From an uncultured virus (IMG/VR IMGVR_UViG_2049941000_000011) (lineage: Duplodnaviria; Heunggongvirae; Uroviricota; Caudoviricetes): DNA of 20,000 bases. The notes under the pieces were generated by a model, which was given only the letters and a program-made list of their open reading frames with translations, made no database searches and was not told the origin of the DNA. How positions within the stretch are numbered: position 1 is the stretch's first letter; each line of letters begins with the position of its first letter. Location: the IMG/VR virus record IMGVR_UViG_2049941000_000011; one strand, given 5' to 3'. Made by a program: the position numbers and the translations under genes. Shown in pieces: positions 8,697 through 16,426 of this stretch.

Positions 8697-9030
8697 GATT
8701 CCTAGGATTCAGATTAGAAGACAACACAGGGTCTTTATATCTGAGAGCAATTTTCATAATTTACTAGACGCTGGGCATATAGTAATAAATGTTATGCTGC
8801 GAGGAACTTTTGTGTGCTCAGCTATGACTAAGCATGAAAAAGAAGCTACGATTGAATTTATTAACTGTAGACGAGTTGATGATAGCTGTTTTGCAGAAGA
8901 CGGTTTCAGAGATATGTATTGTCCTGAACCAGCAAAAAGATTTATTTTTCAAGATGCACAAGCAGAAGACCGCACTGCATACAGTTCAATCTATTATACA
9001 GATGAAATAGTAACAGAAAGAGAGGAATAG
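8686..9030 (+). CDS. MSFKIP-tagged protein, paralog 3 of 3 (array B)
   Basis: AGGAGG RBS; TIEFINCRRVDDSCFAEDG...FIFQD. An in-frame ATG at 8680 is an alternative start. Confidence 0.85.
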   Translation: MSFKIPRIQIRRQHRVFISESNFHNLLDAGHIVINVMLRGTFVCSAMTKHEKEATIEFINCRRVDDSCFAEDGFRDMYCPEPAKRFIFQDAQAEDRTAYSSIYYTDEIVTEREE

Positions 9031-9032
9031 TT

Positions 9033-9404
9033 ATGTCTTTTAAAATTAAACCATTAGAAAAGCCAACGAAATTTTTCGTAACAAGCAGAAGAATCAGCAA
9101 TAAGATATACGAAGTATTGAAGGCTCATGGTCTTCATATATGTTATTCTCGCTACTGGGATACTGGCGACGGAGAACAACTTGAAAATAAGAATGTCTTC
9201 GCAAATTTTGCTAATACTTTCATTTTTGATAAAGAACCTCGCTGGGAAGAATCATGGACAAATCCAAAAACTGGCTTTGTAGAAAAGTGGATTCCTGATG
9301 TAAACAAATATTTGATGGAAGACGAAGTAGTACAGGACCAAGAATTTTATAAATATCTTAGTGATATTTTAGAGAAAGAAGGTGTAGAAGAATGTTTAGA
9401 TTAA
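9033..9404 (+). CDS. MSFKIK-tagged hypothetical protein (array B)
   Basis: GAGG RBS, 123 aa. Confidence 0.85.
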   Translation: MSFKIKPLEKPTKFFVTSRRISNKIYEVLKAHGLHICYSRYWDTGDGEQLENKNVFANFANTFIFDKEPRWEESWTNPKTGFVEKWIPDVNKYLMEDEVVQDQEFYKYLSDILEKEGVEECLD

Positions 9405-9655
9405 AGATAGACGCGGTGCATTTATTAACCTGGAGGAGCCCGTCCACTGGGGGAGTTAAATTTGTAGGATGGGACAGCAAAAGAAAGATTTATTCAACCA
9501 ATTATTACGAGAACGTGGGTTTTGGAAAAAAGACAACCTGGGTAAAGACCAGAAAAGAAATTAACAATAAAGTTAAAGAACTTATATCCAAGGAATACCA
9601 TGAAGTTGAATATCTAAGAGAAATTCACATATTTGGTCATGTGCATAATGAATGA
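9392..9655 (+). CDS. MFRLK-tagged hypothetical protein (array B)
   Basis: AAGGT upstream, 13-nt overlap with the upstream gene. Confidence 0.8.
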   Translation: MFRLKIDAVHLLTWRSPSTGGVKFVGWDSKRKIYSTNYYENVGFGKKTTWVKTRKEINNKVKELISKEYHEVEYLREIHIFGHVHNE

Positions 9656-10097
9656 TAGGATTTTAGCTGGAATCGTGGTTGTCGGTGCGATTGTCCTGGG
9701 GGCGGTTGCACTGATAATCAGTCTATTAATAGCTACACTCATTGATGAGAGAAAGGAGAATATGAGTAATATGGATAGACGTTATGTTGAGGGGCACGTA
9801 TCTGCCCAAGACCCTGAAGGTATTCAAGGAGCTTTGTATAAAGTTGACGCCGATGATGGTGATGTAATTAAATATTTATACATTGACAGCATTGAAGACT
9901 ATAGGGTACAATATTGGAGCTTTAATGAAGATAAAGAGCTCATAGATGGCGGTGAAATTGACACGACATCTACAGACCCAGAAGACATCCTGGATGATGT
10001 TAAGAGCTGGGTCGGCTTAGACGGAGCCACTCTTGAAAAAGAAGAAGACTGGCTGGACATCAGTGACCTGGAAGATTGGGGTTTCACTGGAATGTAA
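9648..10097 (+). CDS. N-terminal TM helix plus acidic domain; internal in-frame start at 9762
   Basis: ATGAATGA overlap at 9648; TM ILAGIVVVGAIVLGAVALIISLLIATLI; AAAGGAG followed by ATG at 9762. Confidence 0.7.
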   Translation: MNDRILAGIVVVGAIVLGAVALIISLLIATLIDERKENMSNMDRRYVEGHVSAQDPEGIQGALYKVDADDGDVIKYLYIDSIEDYRVQYWSFNEDKELIDGGEIDTTSTDPEDILDDVKSWVGLDGATLEKEEDWLDISDLEDWGFTGM

Positions 10098-10124
10098 AAA
10101 AAAGAAGAAAGAAGGAAATAAATT

Positions 10125-10478
10125 ATGTTACAAATTAGAACAGGATGTTTTGAAACAAATAGCTCAAGCACACACAGCTTAATCATGTGCTCAGAAAATC
10201 AATATAAAGACTGGATAGATGGAAAACTCTATTATTGTCAATGGGAAGAGTGCACAGGAGCTAAGAAAGGGCATTTCTATACCAAAGAAGAAGCTTTAAA
10301 ATTAGCACAAGGGTGCAAATGGTATGATGAAGAAGACGGATTACGTAGCGTGGGTCTATACACATTTGATGAATGGGAAGAAGACTCTTGTGTTGAAGAA
10401 ACAAAAAAATATGTTACCGAAAGTGGGGAAACAATTCTCGGATTATTAGTAGAAGAGGGTTGCTTCTCGGATTATTAG
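10125..10478 (+). CDS. phage protein with N-terminal RxGxFETNSSSTHS motif
   Basis: MLQIRTGCFETNSSSTHSL is a motif recurrent in uncharacterised phage proteins; AAGGA RBS. Confidence 0.8.
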   Translation: MLQIRTGCFETNSSSTHSLIMCSENQYKDWIDGKLYYCQWEECTGAKKGHFYTKEEALKLAQGCKWYDEEDGLRSVGLYTFDEWEEDSCVEETKKYVTESGETILGLLVEEGCFSDY

Positions 10479-10502
10479 TAGAAGAGGGTTGCTAGTAGAA
10501 GA
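10435..10502 (+). repeat. 29-bp perfect tandem duplication plus partial third copy
   Basis: TTCTCGGATTATTAGTAGAAGAGGGTTGC at 10435-10463 and 10464-10492, then TAGTAGAAGA. Confidence 0.9.
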
Positions 10503-10540
10503 ATAAGCGACTATGGATGTGGAAGAAAGGAGAAATGGAC

Positions 10541-11341
10541 ATGGAAGCTAGAAATTTATTAATAGGTCTATCCATTAAACACAATGGTGACTGGGAAAAA
10601 ATCTATAAAGCCGTATCTAGTAAAGATGTTGAGGAACTGGAATCATTCATCGAGCAATTTGAAAAGTCGGGATGCAAAGCGCTGACTATGCTGGACAAAG
10701 AATATCCAGATAGTTTAAAACATAGTTATCAGCCACCGTTCGTATTATTTTACGAAGGAGATTTATCATTGCTTGACCACATAGACAGTAATCTAGCAGT
10801 AGTTGGGACTCATGAACCTACTGGATATGGTATTGAGATGACCCATAACTTAGTGGGAGAGTTGTCCAGGAGTTACAACATCGTAACAAGTATCCGTCCT
10901 GGAATAGATAGTATAGCCTGTGATGCGGCGCTGTCCAATGAATATGGTCATGTCATTGCAGTGGTGGCAGGAGGGTTCGGATGTAAAACAAAATACAAGA
11001 ACTGGGACGAGCTTAAAAAGAATCATCTTGTATTAACAGAATACTTTGGAACCGAAAAACCAGAAGTCCATAAAGGATGCATGGGTAAAGATAGAATCAT
11101 TGTTGGTTTATCCAAAGGGCTACTGGTCATTGAAGATACAAAAACTGGACGCTCAGCAGTAACAGCAAACCTTGCATTAAGCAATGGCAGAGAGATTCTT
11201 GCGGTTCCAGGAAGAGCTGGAGAAGATTCATTATCAAATTCTTTAATTAGAACAGGAGCTGTCCTGGTAGAAACAGCTGAAGATGTTAAAACAGAATTAG
11301 AGGCGTTTGTAATGAGTAGCACGCCAGAGGAGGTAAAATAA
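10541..11341 (+). CDS. dprA: DprA/Smf DNA-processing protein homolog (non-canonical motifs)
   Basis: AAAGGAG RBS; DKEYPDSLK, PPFVLFYEGDLSLL, LAVVGT, GIDSIA, IAVVAGG, LVLTEY, RIIVGLSKGLLVIE, GREILAVPG, NSLIRTGAVLV are DprA signature blocks. Confidence 0.85.
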   Translation: MEARNLLIGLSIKHNGDWEKIYKAVSSKDVEELESFIEQFEKSGCKALTMLDKEYPDSLKHSYQPPFVLFYEGDLSLLDHIDSNLAVVGTHEPTGYGIEMTHNLVGELSRSYNIVTSIRPGIDSIACDAALSNEYGHVIAVVAGGFGCKTKYKNWDELKKNHLVLTEYFGTEKPEVHKGCMGKDRIIVGLSKGLLVIEDTKTGRSAVTANLALSNGREILAVPGRAGEDSLSNSLIRTGAVLVETAEDVKTELEAFVMSSTPEEVK

Positions 11342-11343
11342 TT

Positions 11344-11922
11344 ATGAAAAAAGATAGAAATGTAATTGCCAACGACATTGCTGCTAAACTTAAGGGCGGC
11401 AAAAAACTGACCAAGAAAGAAATTGAATTCATTTGTGACGCCATTACAGACCCTGAGGGCGAGTTCTGTAAAAGAGAAGCTAAATTCAGATTACTAGAAA
11501 TACACAACTGCAGCACAAAAATGGCAGAAGCACTCGAACCATATGCCGAAGAATCCATTAGAGATACTTTTGATTACACCGAGTATTTCTATGATGCATT
11601 AGACGATAATTTAAGGAATGATGTTTTGGACAAAACATTTAAAGTCAAGATTCATGTAAAGTCCATCGATTATGCAATCGAAGATGAAGACATCGTAGAC
11701 CTGGTTGATGGTGATGACGAAGCTGCGTTTGAAGCGAAGAGACAAGAAATCTTAGATGGGCTTCCAAAGCAATTAGACTTTGTACTTAAGGGAATTCCAG
11801 GTGATATTGATGATGAATCATTTGGGGACGAGGTTGCAAATGAAATTTCAGAAAGAACCAACTGGTTGATTTATAATTGTGATTTTGATGTTGTTGAAGC
11901 TATAGAGGAGGAGGAAGACTAA
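11344..11922 (+). CDS. hypothetical acidic protein
   Basis: GGAGGT RBS, 192 aa. Confidence 0.8.
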   Translation: MKKDRNVIANDIAAKLKGGKKLTKKEIEFICDAITDPEGEFCKREAKFRLLEIHNCSTKMAEALEPYAEESIRDTFDYTEYFYDALDDNLRNDVLDKTFKVKIHVKSIDYAIEDEDIVDLVDGDDEAAFEAKRQEILDGLPKQLDFVLKGIPGDIDDESFGDEVANEISERTNWLIYNCDFDVVEAIEEEED

Positions 11923-12152
11923 TGAAAACCGAAAAATTTTATCTTTATTTAGACCAACCTTCTTATATTATAGCCAGGGATACACCTTATGGCAGGGTCG
12001 TGATTTCTGGGACATATAAACATAAGGATAATGCCGTGAAGGAACTTAAGAAAAGAATCGCTTTTGCTAAGAACCAGGATGACGGCTTATCTGGATGGAG
12101 TGAACCATATCTCTTAGAGTTCACACCAAGTTCCAGGAAGGTAGAGTTATAA
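11922..12152 (+). CDS. hypothetical protein
   Basis: GGAGG RBS, TAATG overlap. Confidence 0.75.
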   Translation: MKTEKFYLYLDQPSYIIARDTPYGRVVISGTYKHKDNAVKELKKRIAFAKNQDDGLSGWSEPYLLEFTPSSRKVEL

Positions 12153-12175
12153 AAAAAGAAAGAGGAGGAGTGAAT

Positions 12176-12760
12176 ATGGCAAATGATTGTACGTTTGATG
12201 TAGTGGTTCGTGGATCAAAAGAAGAAATTGATATTTTTTACAACCGCTGTTTAAAAGCTAAAGAAAACGGAACCAAATCACACAGCTGGTGGGCTTATGC
12301 GATATTACAAGAACATGGATATAGCACATACACCATCGAGCACAAAGTAGGATTCATCGGGGGTCACCTGGATAATTTGGGCGAACCAATCGAAGATGGA
12401 GACGAATATTTCTTAACAATCAACATGACAACACGATGGTCACCAATGATCACGGCATTTAACAGGATGTTAGGAAATTACACCACGCTAAGAGCAGTAT
12501 ACTTTGCTGAGGAACCTGGAATGGGCATTTATGTCAATACAGATAAAAGTGGCAGAGACTTCAATGTTGAATATTGCATAGAAGACTACGATGAAGATGG
12601 CTGCGGGTCAGAATATTTTGGTTCAGATGAAGAACTCAAAAAATTTATAAAAGATGTTTATGGCAAAGATCTCAAATCAATTCCGCCAGATGATGATGCA
12701 GAAATTAAAATCAACAAAACAAAAACAATTTGTTTTCATAGGTTCGCAAAACAATATTAA
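12176..12760 (+). CDS. YubB/ferredoxin-like domain protein (putative)
   Basis: MANDC-x6-RG start, TTRWSP and YFAEEPGMGIY motifs resemble the YubB/DUF1281-like family; GAGGAG RBS. Confidence 0.55.
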   Translation: MANDCTFDVVVRGSKEEIDIFYNRCLKAKENGTKSHSWWAYAILQEHGYSTYTIEHKVGFIGGHLDNLGEPIEDGDEYFLTINMTTRWSPMITAFNRMLGNYTTLRAVYFAEEPGMGIYVNTDKSGRDFNVEYCIEDYDEDGCGSEYFGSDEELKKFIKDVYGKDLKSIPPDDDAEIKINKTKTICFHRFAKQY

Positions 12761-12773
12761 GGAGGTAAATAAT

Positions 12774-13007
12774 ATGGAAGATGTTGAAGGAAAGAAAATC
12801 AAAGAAGGGGACTTGATTCTTATTCCAGTCTTGATAAGAAAAATGTGCTACAGCATATTGGACAGTTTCCGAATCGTTAAAGTTACCAGGATGACAGAGA
12901 AAAGTATGTGGGTCATAGACCGCAGTGGCAAAGGAAAAGAGTTTTTAATCCGCCCTGATTCTAAAAAGATTTACAGAATTTCTAGAAAAAATTACAAAAT
13001 CACTTGA
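12774..13007 (+). CDS. small SH3/KOW-like beta-barrel protein (putative)
   Basis: AAGGAGGT RBS; DVEGKKIKEGDLILIP...VKVTRMTEKSMWV. Confidence 0.7.
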   Translation: MEDVEGKKIKEGDLILIPVLIRKMCYSILDSFRIVKVTRMTEKSMWVIDRSGKGKEFLIRPDSKKIYRISRKNYKIT

Positions 13008-13032
13008 CGCCCTGGAAAACATGTTATACTAT
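13004..13032 (+). promoter_or_regulatory. sigma70/sigmaA-type promoter for the FtsK-containing unit
   Basis: TTGACG (13004-13009), 17 bp, TACTAT (13027-13032); an overlapping TGnTATACT is also present; CCTGG occupies the same spacer position as in the 3037 promoter. Confidence 0.7.
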
Positions 13033-13056
13033 AAAGGTAACAAAAGAGGAAATAGT

Positions 13057-13692
13057 ATGAAAAAAAACAGAAAGAGTGGTATCAAAATAATGGCAGAATC
13101 ACTTTCACAATCATTAAGAAACCATGTAAATGCAATGATGGCGAGGGTCATGTATCGCCGCGATGACGAAGAGTTATTAGAAAGCTGGGTCATGTATGAG
13201 ATGACGTCGGATGCAATGCTTGATTCCTATGCAGGATGTAACGGATTAATCGAATGGACACAAGAAGCTTTGAAAACATATGACCATGAAAATTGGATAT
13301 CGAAAGCTTGTCTTAAAAATTTAATCAGAATCCTAAAGACCCATCAAACAAGTCTCACGAAGACAGATGAAGATTGGAAGCTTCTTAAGGAGGACTTCCA
13401 TAAAGAGGCTCAGCGAAGAGCTGATAAATTTTATCCTGACGCCGCATATGAAAGTATCCTGGAAAGATTGAATAAATATGGCAGCACCGTCATGGGTTAT
13501 CATATGTATGAATCCCTTGGAGAACAAAAAGTAAAAGAAGACCTCGCCGAAAGAGGAATCAAAAACGCCAAGATTGAAGTAACCAATTATAATGTAACAA
13601 AGGATTGCTTCGAAGACAAAGCGGTGGTGAATGGTCACTCCATGTGGGTGCTCACACCAATATTACCAATTGTAAAAATCAGCACCTGCTGA
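13057..13692 (+). CDS. hypothetical protein
   Basis: AGAGG RBS, ATG 13057; the ORF-track start at 13021 lies inside the promoter. Confidence 0.8.
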   Translation: MKKNRKSGIKIMAESLSQSLRNHVNAMMARVMYRRDDEELLESWVMYEMTSDAMLDSYAGCNGLIEWTQEALKTYDHENWISKACLKNLIRILKTHQTSLTKTDEDWKLLKEDFHKEAQRRADKFYPDAAYESILERLNKYGSTVMGYHMYESLGEQKVKEDLAERGIKNAKIEVTNYNVTKDCFEDKAVVNGHSMWVLTPILPIVKISTC

Positions 13693-13705
13693 TGGAGGTG
13701 AAAAT

Positions 13706-14032
13706 ATGGGATTTAAGATTCCAAAGTTGAATGGGATGTTAGTCTACGTAAGATGGGTTAAAGACGAAAAAGCATCCGCAGCAGAATATGCATTCAAGAT
13801 TAACAAAGATGGAGACATGCCGACAGTCGGAAACCTATATGCAGTTCGTGGCGAAAACAGCGGCACGGTCGTCGTAACAAGATTGGGAGCCGGACGCCGC
13901 GATGAGGATTCGGGGCGCTTACAGGTAACAAGAGAAGATGGAACAAAATTCAATATAACAAAACAAATGATGTTCAATCAAAAAGAATCAACAGCAACTG
14001 CAACAAAATATACTGGAAGATTCACATTATAA
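13706..14032 (+). CDS. MGFKIP-tagged hypothetical protein
   Basis: GGAGGTG RBS, 108 aa, beta-rich; directly upstream of the FtsK gene. Confidence 0.85.
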   Translation: MGFKIPKLNGMLVYVRWVKDEKASAAEYAFKINKDGDMPTVGNLYAVRGENSGTVVVTRLGAGRRDEDSGRLQVTREDGTKFNITKQMMFNQKESTATATKYTGRFTL

Positions 14033-14057
14033 TAAAGAAAGAAAGGAGCGTGGTCAT

Positions 14058-15488
14058 ATGGCGGTTACCAAGAAAAAAGATCTTGGCCATAAGATTGTTG
14101 ACCAATTCTCATCGATGGGAATACAGGTGAAACTAGCTAAGACAGTAGAATCGCCAAGATTCACAACTTACTATTACAATATGCAGGATCCGCTGCAGAT
14201 CCTCAAATTAAAGGATAAGCACGTAGATGTAATCCGTGACTTCAACAAAGTTAACGTCGTATACGGCCATCCTGAGGGCTATAGCTTTTCCCTGATGATT
14301 CAAAAGAAGAAAGTATCAACACTCAAAGTTTCTAAGCTTAAACAGCCTAAAACGCAATCGCCACACATCAAGGTGAATATCGGTCTAGATCTCTTAAATA
14401 AAGATGTAATCCTGGATTTCGATAAAACGAATCACCTGTTGGTAGCTGGAACTACAGGTAGCGGGAAGAGCGCCTTCATCAATACGATTCTATACACGTT
14501 AATTAAGGCTGTAGACCAGGAAGATTATGAACTTAAGCTTATAGATCCGAAGAGAGTTTCCTTCAACGCATTCAAGTCCCTGAAAAACGTGGAATTGATC
14601 ACTGAGACGGAGCAAGCATCAGATCTATTCACGCAGCTAATCAAGCTAATGGAGTTCCGTTACGAATATATGGAAAGCCATGGTGAGACAGATAAGAACA
14701 TCTTCAAGCCAACATTTGTCGTAGTAGATGAGCTAGCGGAGTTGATGTTGGTAGACAGAGCTAATTGTGAAGATAAGCTTATCAGGCTCCTACAGAAGGG
14801 ACGCCAGGCGAACATCCACATCATCCTGGCAACACAGCGCCCAACAACGGATGTAATCAGCGGCTTGATCAAAGCCCAGTGCGATACCAGGGTATGCCTA
14901 AAGATGGCCAGTGCTAAAGATAGCATTACGGTTATCGATAAAGGTATTGGGCAAACGCTCTTGGGTCGTGGAGATGGATTCATAAAGTATCCTGATAAAC
15001 CAGATGAAATCAGGTTCCAAACCGCTTTGGTTACAGATGCTGCGATATCCAAGCAAGTATTGTCCATGAAGCAGAAGAGTCGATTCGTAGAAGACGCCCT
15101 GGAAGAAACAACATGTTCCCGTGCCGCGGGGGCTGCAGCAATGATAGCGATCAGCAACATCCGCGTGAAAGCCGCAGTGGACAAATGCATCCGCAATATA
15201 TCTTCTTGGGGATTCAAGCTTCCAAAGAACTTATCCTGGGCAGAACAACAATCAAGTTCCTGGCTGGGATTGACAAAATTCCAGGATCCATGTATAATAT
15301 TAAATACTAAGCTTAATGAGCAAACGGATCCAATGATTGACATCGTCATCTACCATGAACTGGGACACATCATTGCGGGGCCCGCAGCTGGTCACAAAGG
15401 TAGATGGAGAGAAGTAATGAACGTGATTCATGAACACACAGGGTATGTATTCCATGAATATGTATATGCCCGCATCACCGAATCATGA
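14058..15488 (+). CDS. FtsK/SpoIIIE-family ATPase fused to a C-terminal SprT-like zinc metalloprotease domain
   Basis: HLLVAGTTGSGKS (Walker A), LIDPKR, FVVVDELAELM (Walker B), LLQKGR, HIILATQRP, LLGRGDG; C-terminal HELGH...GHKGRW (SprT-like HExxH plus downstream His). Confidence 0.9.
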   Translation: MAVTKKKDLGHKIVDQFSSMGIQVKLAKTVESPRFTTYYYNMQDPLQILKLKDKHVDVIRDFNKVNVVYGHPEGYSFSLMIQKKKVSTLKVSKLKQPKTQSPHIKVNIGLDLLNKDVILDFDKTNHLLVAGTTGSGKSAFINTILYTLIKAVDQEDYELKLIDPKRVSFNAFKSLKNVELITETEQASDLFTQLIKLMEFRYEYMESHGETDKNIFKPTFVVVDELAELMLVDRANCEDKLIRLLQKGRQANIHIILATQRPTTDVISGLIKAQCDTRVCLKMASAKDSITVIDKGIGQTLLGRGDGFIKYPDKPDEIRFQTALVTDAAISKQVLSMKQKSRFVEDALEETTCSRAAGAAAMIAISNIRVKAAVDKCIRNISSWGFKLPKNLSWAEQQSSSWLGLTKFQDPCIILNTKLNEQTDPMIDIVIYHELGHIIAGPAAGHKGRWREVMNVIHEHTGYVFHEYVYARITES

Positions 15489-15501
15489 GAAAGGAGAGCC
15501 T

Positions 15502-15672
15502 ATGTTAGTAGCATTACTAATGGCGTTAGGATTTATATTCTTGATATTCTTAGCAGGAGCACTTAAGTCCTACTCAGAGTTCAAAAAGATCTATGGGCCA
15601 CGTCCCCCAACCGACGAAGAAGACGAACGTGCAGCTGAAGCGAAGGCTAAGCGCTCATCGGAAAACAAATAA
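15502..15672 (+). CDS. small single-TM membrane protein
   Basis: AAAGGAG RBS; MLVALLMALGFIFLIFLAGAL followed by a charged tail. Confidence 0.75.
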   Translation: MLVALLMALGFIFLIFLAGALKSYSEFKKIYGPRPPTDEEDERAAEAKAKRSSENK

Positions 15673-15716
15673 CCAACAACCTATTGGTAGTATAGAATTT
15701 CTAAGGAAAGGAGGTA

Positions 15717-15902
15717 TTGATTACTAGGATGCTGTTGTTGCTCATCTTAACAATTATAGCAATCATATTTGGGTACATTATCTATAGCTTCATCGAAGTC
15801 AAGAAGACAGAGATGTCAAAAGATGCAAAAATCTTAGCAATCGGACTAATGTCACTACCAATAATTGCTGCGATTGTAAGTCTCATAGCCAGCTGCTTCT
15901 AA
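15717..15902 (+). CDS. small two-TM membrane protein
   Basis: AAGGAGGT upstream; two hydrophobic helices separated by a charged loop; start could be TTG 15717 or ATG 15729. Confidence 0.75.
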   Translation: MITRMLLLLILTIIAIIFGYIIYSFIEVKKTEMSKDAKILAIGLMSLPIIAAIVSLIASCF

Positions 15903-15934
15903 CAGGAGTAGCCCCGGCTGGGACCGAAGGACAC

Positions 15935-15964
15935 AAAGGGGAAGGCTAAAAACCTTCCTCTTTT
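15935..15964 (+). terminator. rho-independent terminator
   Basis: AAAGGGGAAGG-CTAAAAA-CCTTCCTCTTTT hairpin with T-run after the last + strand gene. Confidence 0.75.
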
Positions 15965-16426
15965 CAGCACCTGACAAAAAAACAGGATTAATTATCTATA
16001 CTTTTTTATATATATTTTTTACTTAATAAAGAGTTAATTGCATATTTTTCCAGGAATTTTCCGAGAATTTATACTTTTTCCTACTTTTTACTGAGTTTTT
16101 CTATATTTTTATTTTTAGCCATTTTAAGCCACGAAAAAATATATAGGCATTGATCTTTTCACGCCCATATATATAAACGCCGCTACGGGCCTAAAAATAA
16201 ATAAAAACAGGCATCTACGCGCATTTTACTACTATACGCGCGCAAATAACCCGCTCTAATTTACCAACCGTCCTAGGGTAAGTCCACGACGTTAAACTGG
16301 ATAGCGGCCAGCCCCCACTATGCCATCATTTTTTTTATTTTTTTTATTACCCCGCGCGGCGGCCCGCCGGCCAACTCCGTTTTTGAAAACTCGTATCTAG
16401 CTCCGGCCGTATCTAGCTCGCCCCCC
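15965..16426. other. non-coding strand-convergence region with phased T-tracts and GC-rich repeats
   Basis: T-tracts about every 10 bp from 16045 to 16125; CGTATCTAGCTC direct repeat at 16392 and 16408; GC-rich run 16350-16372. Confidence 0.6.

Noticed and set aside
10435..10502. 29-bp repeat as a CRISPR array
   Set aside because: Copies abut with no spacers, and there are no cas genes in the window.
15205..15230. Internal GFKLPK in the FtsK-SprT protein, resembling the tag
   Set aside because: No adjacent start codon or RBS; a single internal match can arise by chance. The same applies to KTFKV in genes 484 and 11344.
258..15349. Minus-strand ORFs under the + strand genes (e.g. 2034-2684, 14660-15349) and plus-strand ORFs under array C (e.g. 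17605-18180)
   Set aside because: Antisense shadows of RBS-supported genes; low-complexity Ser/Phe-rich translations with no recognisable motifs.
15502..15902. Small TM proteins as holins
   Set aside because: No endolysin or structural genes nearby; hydrophobicity alone is insufficient.
15965..16426. Xer dif site near the FtsK gene
   Set aside because: No convincing XerC/XerD-arm consensus found by eye.
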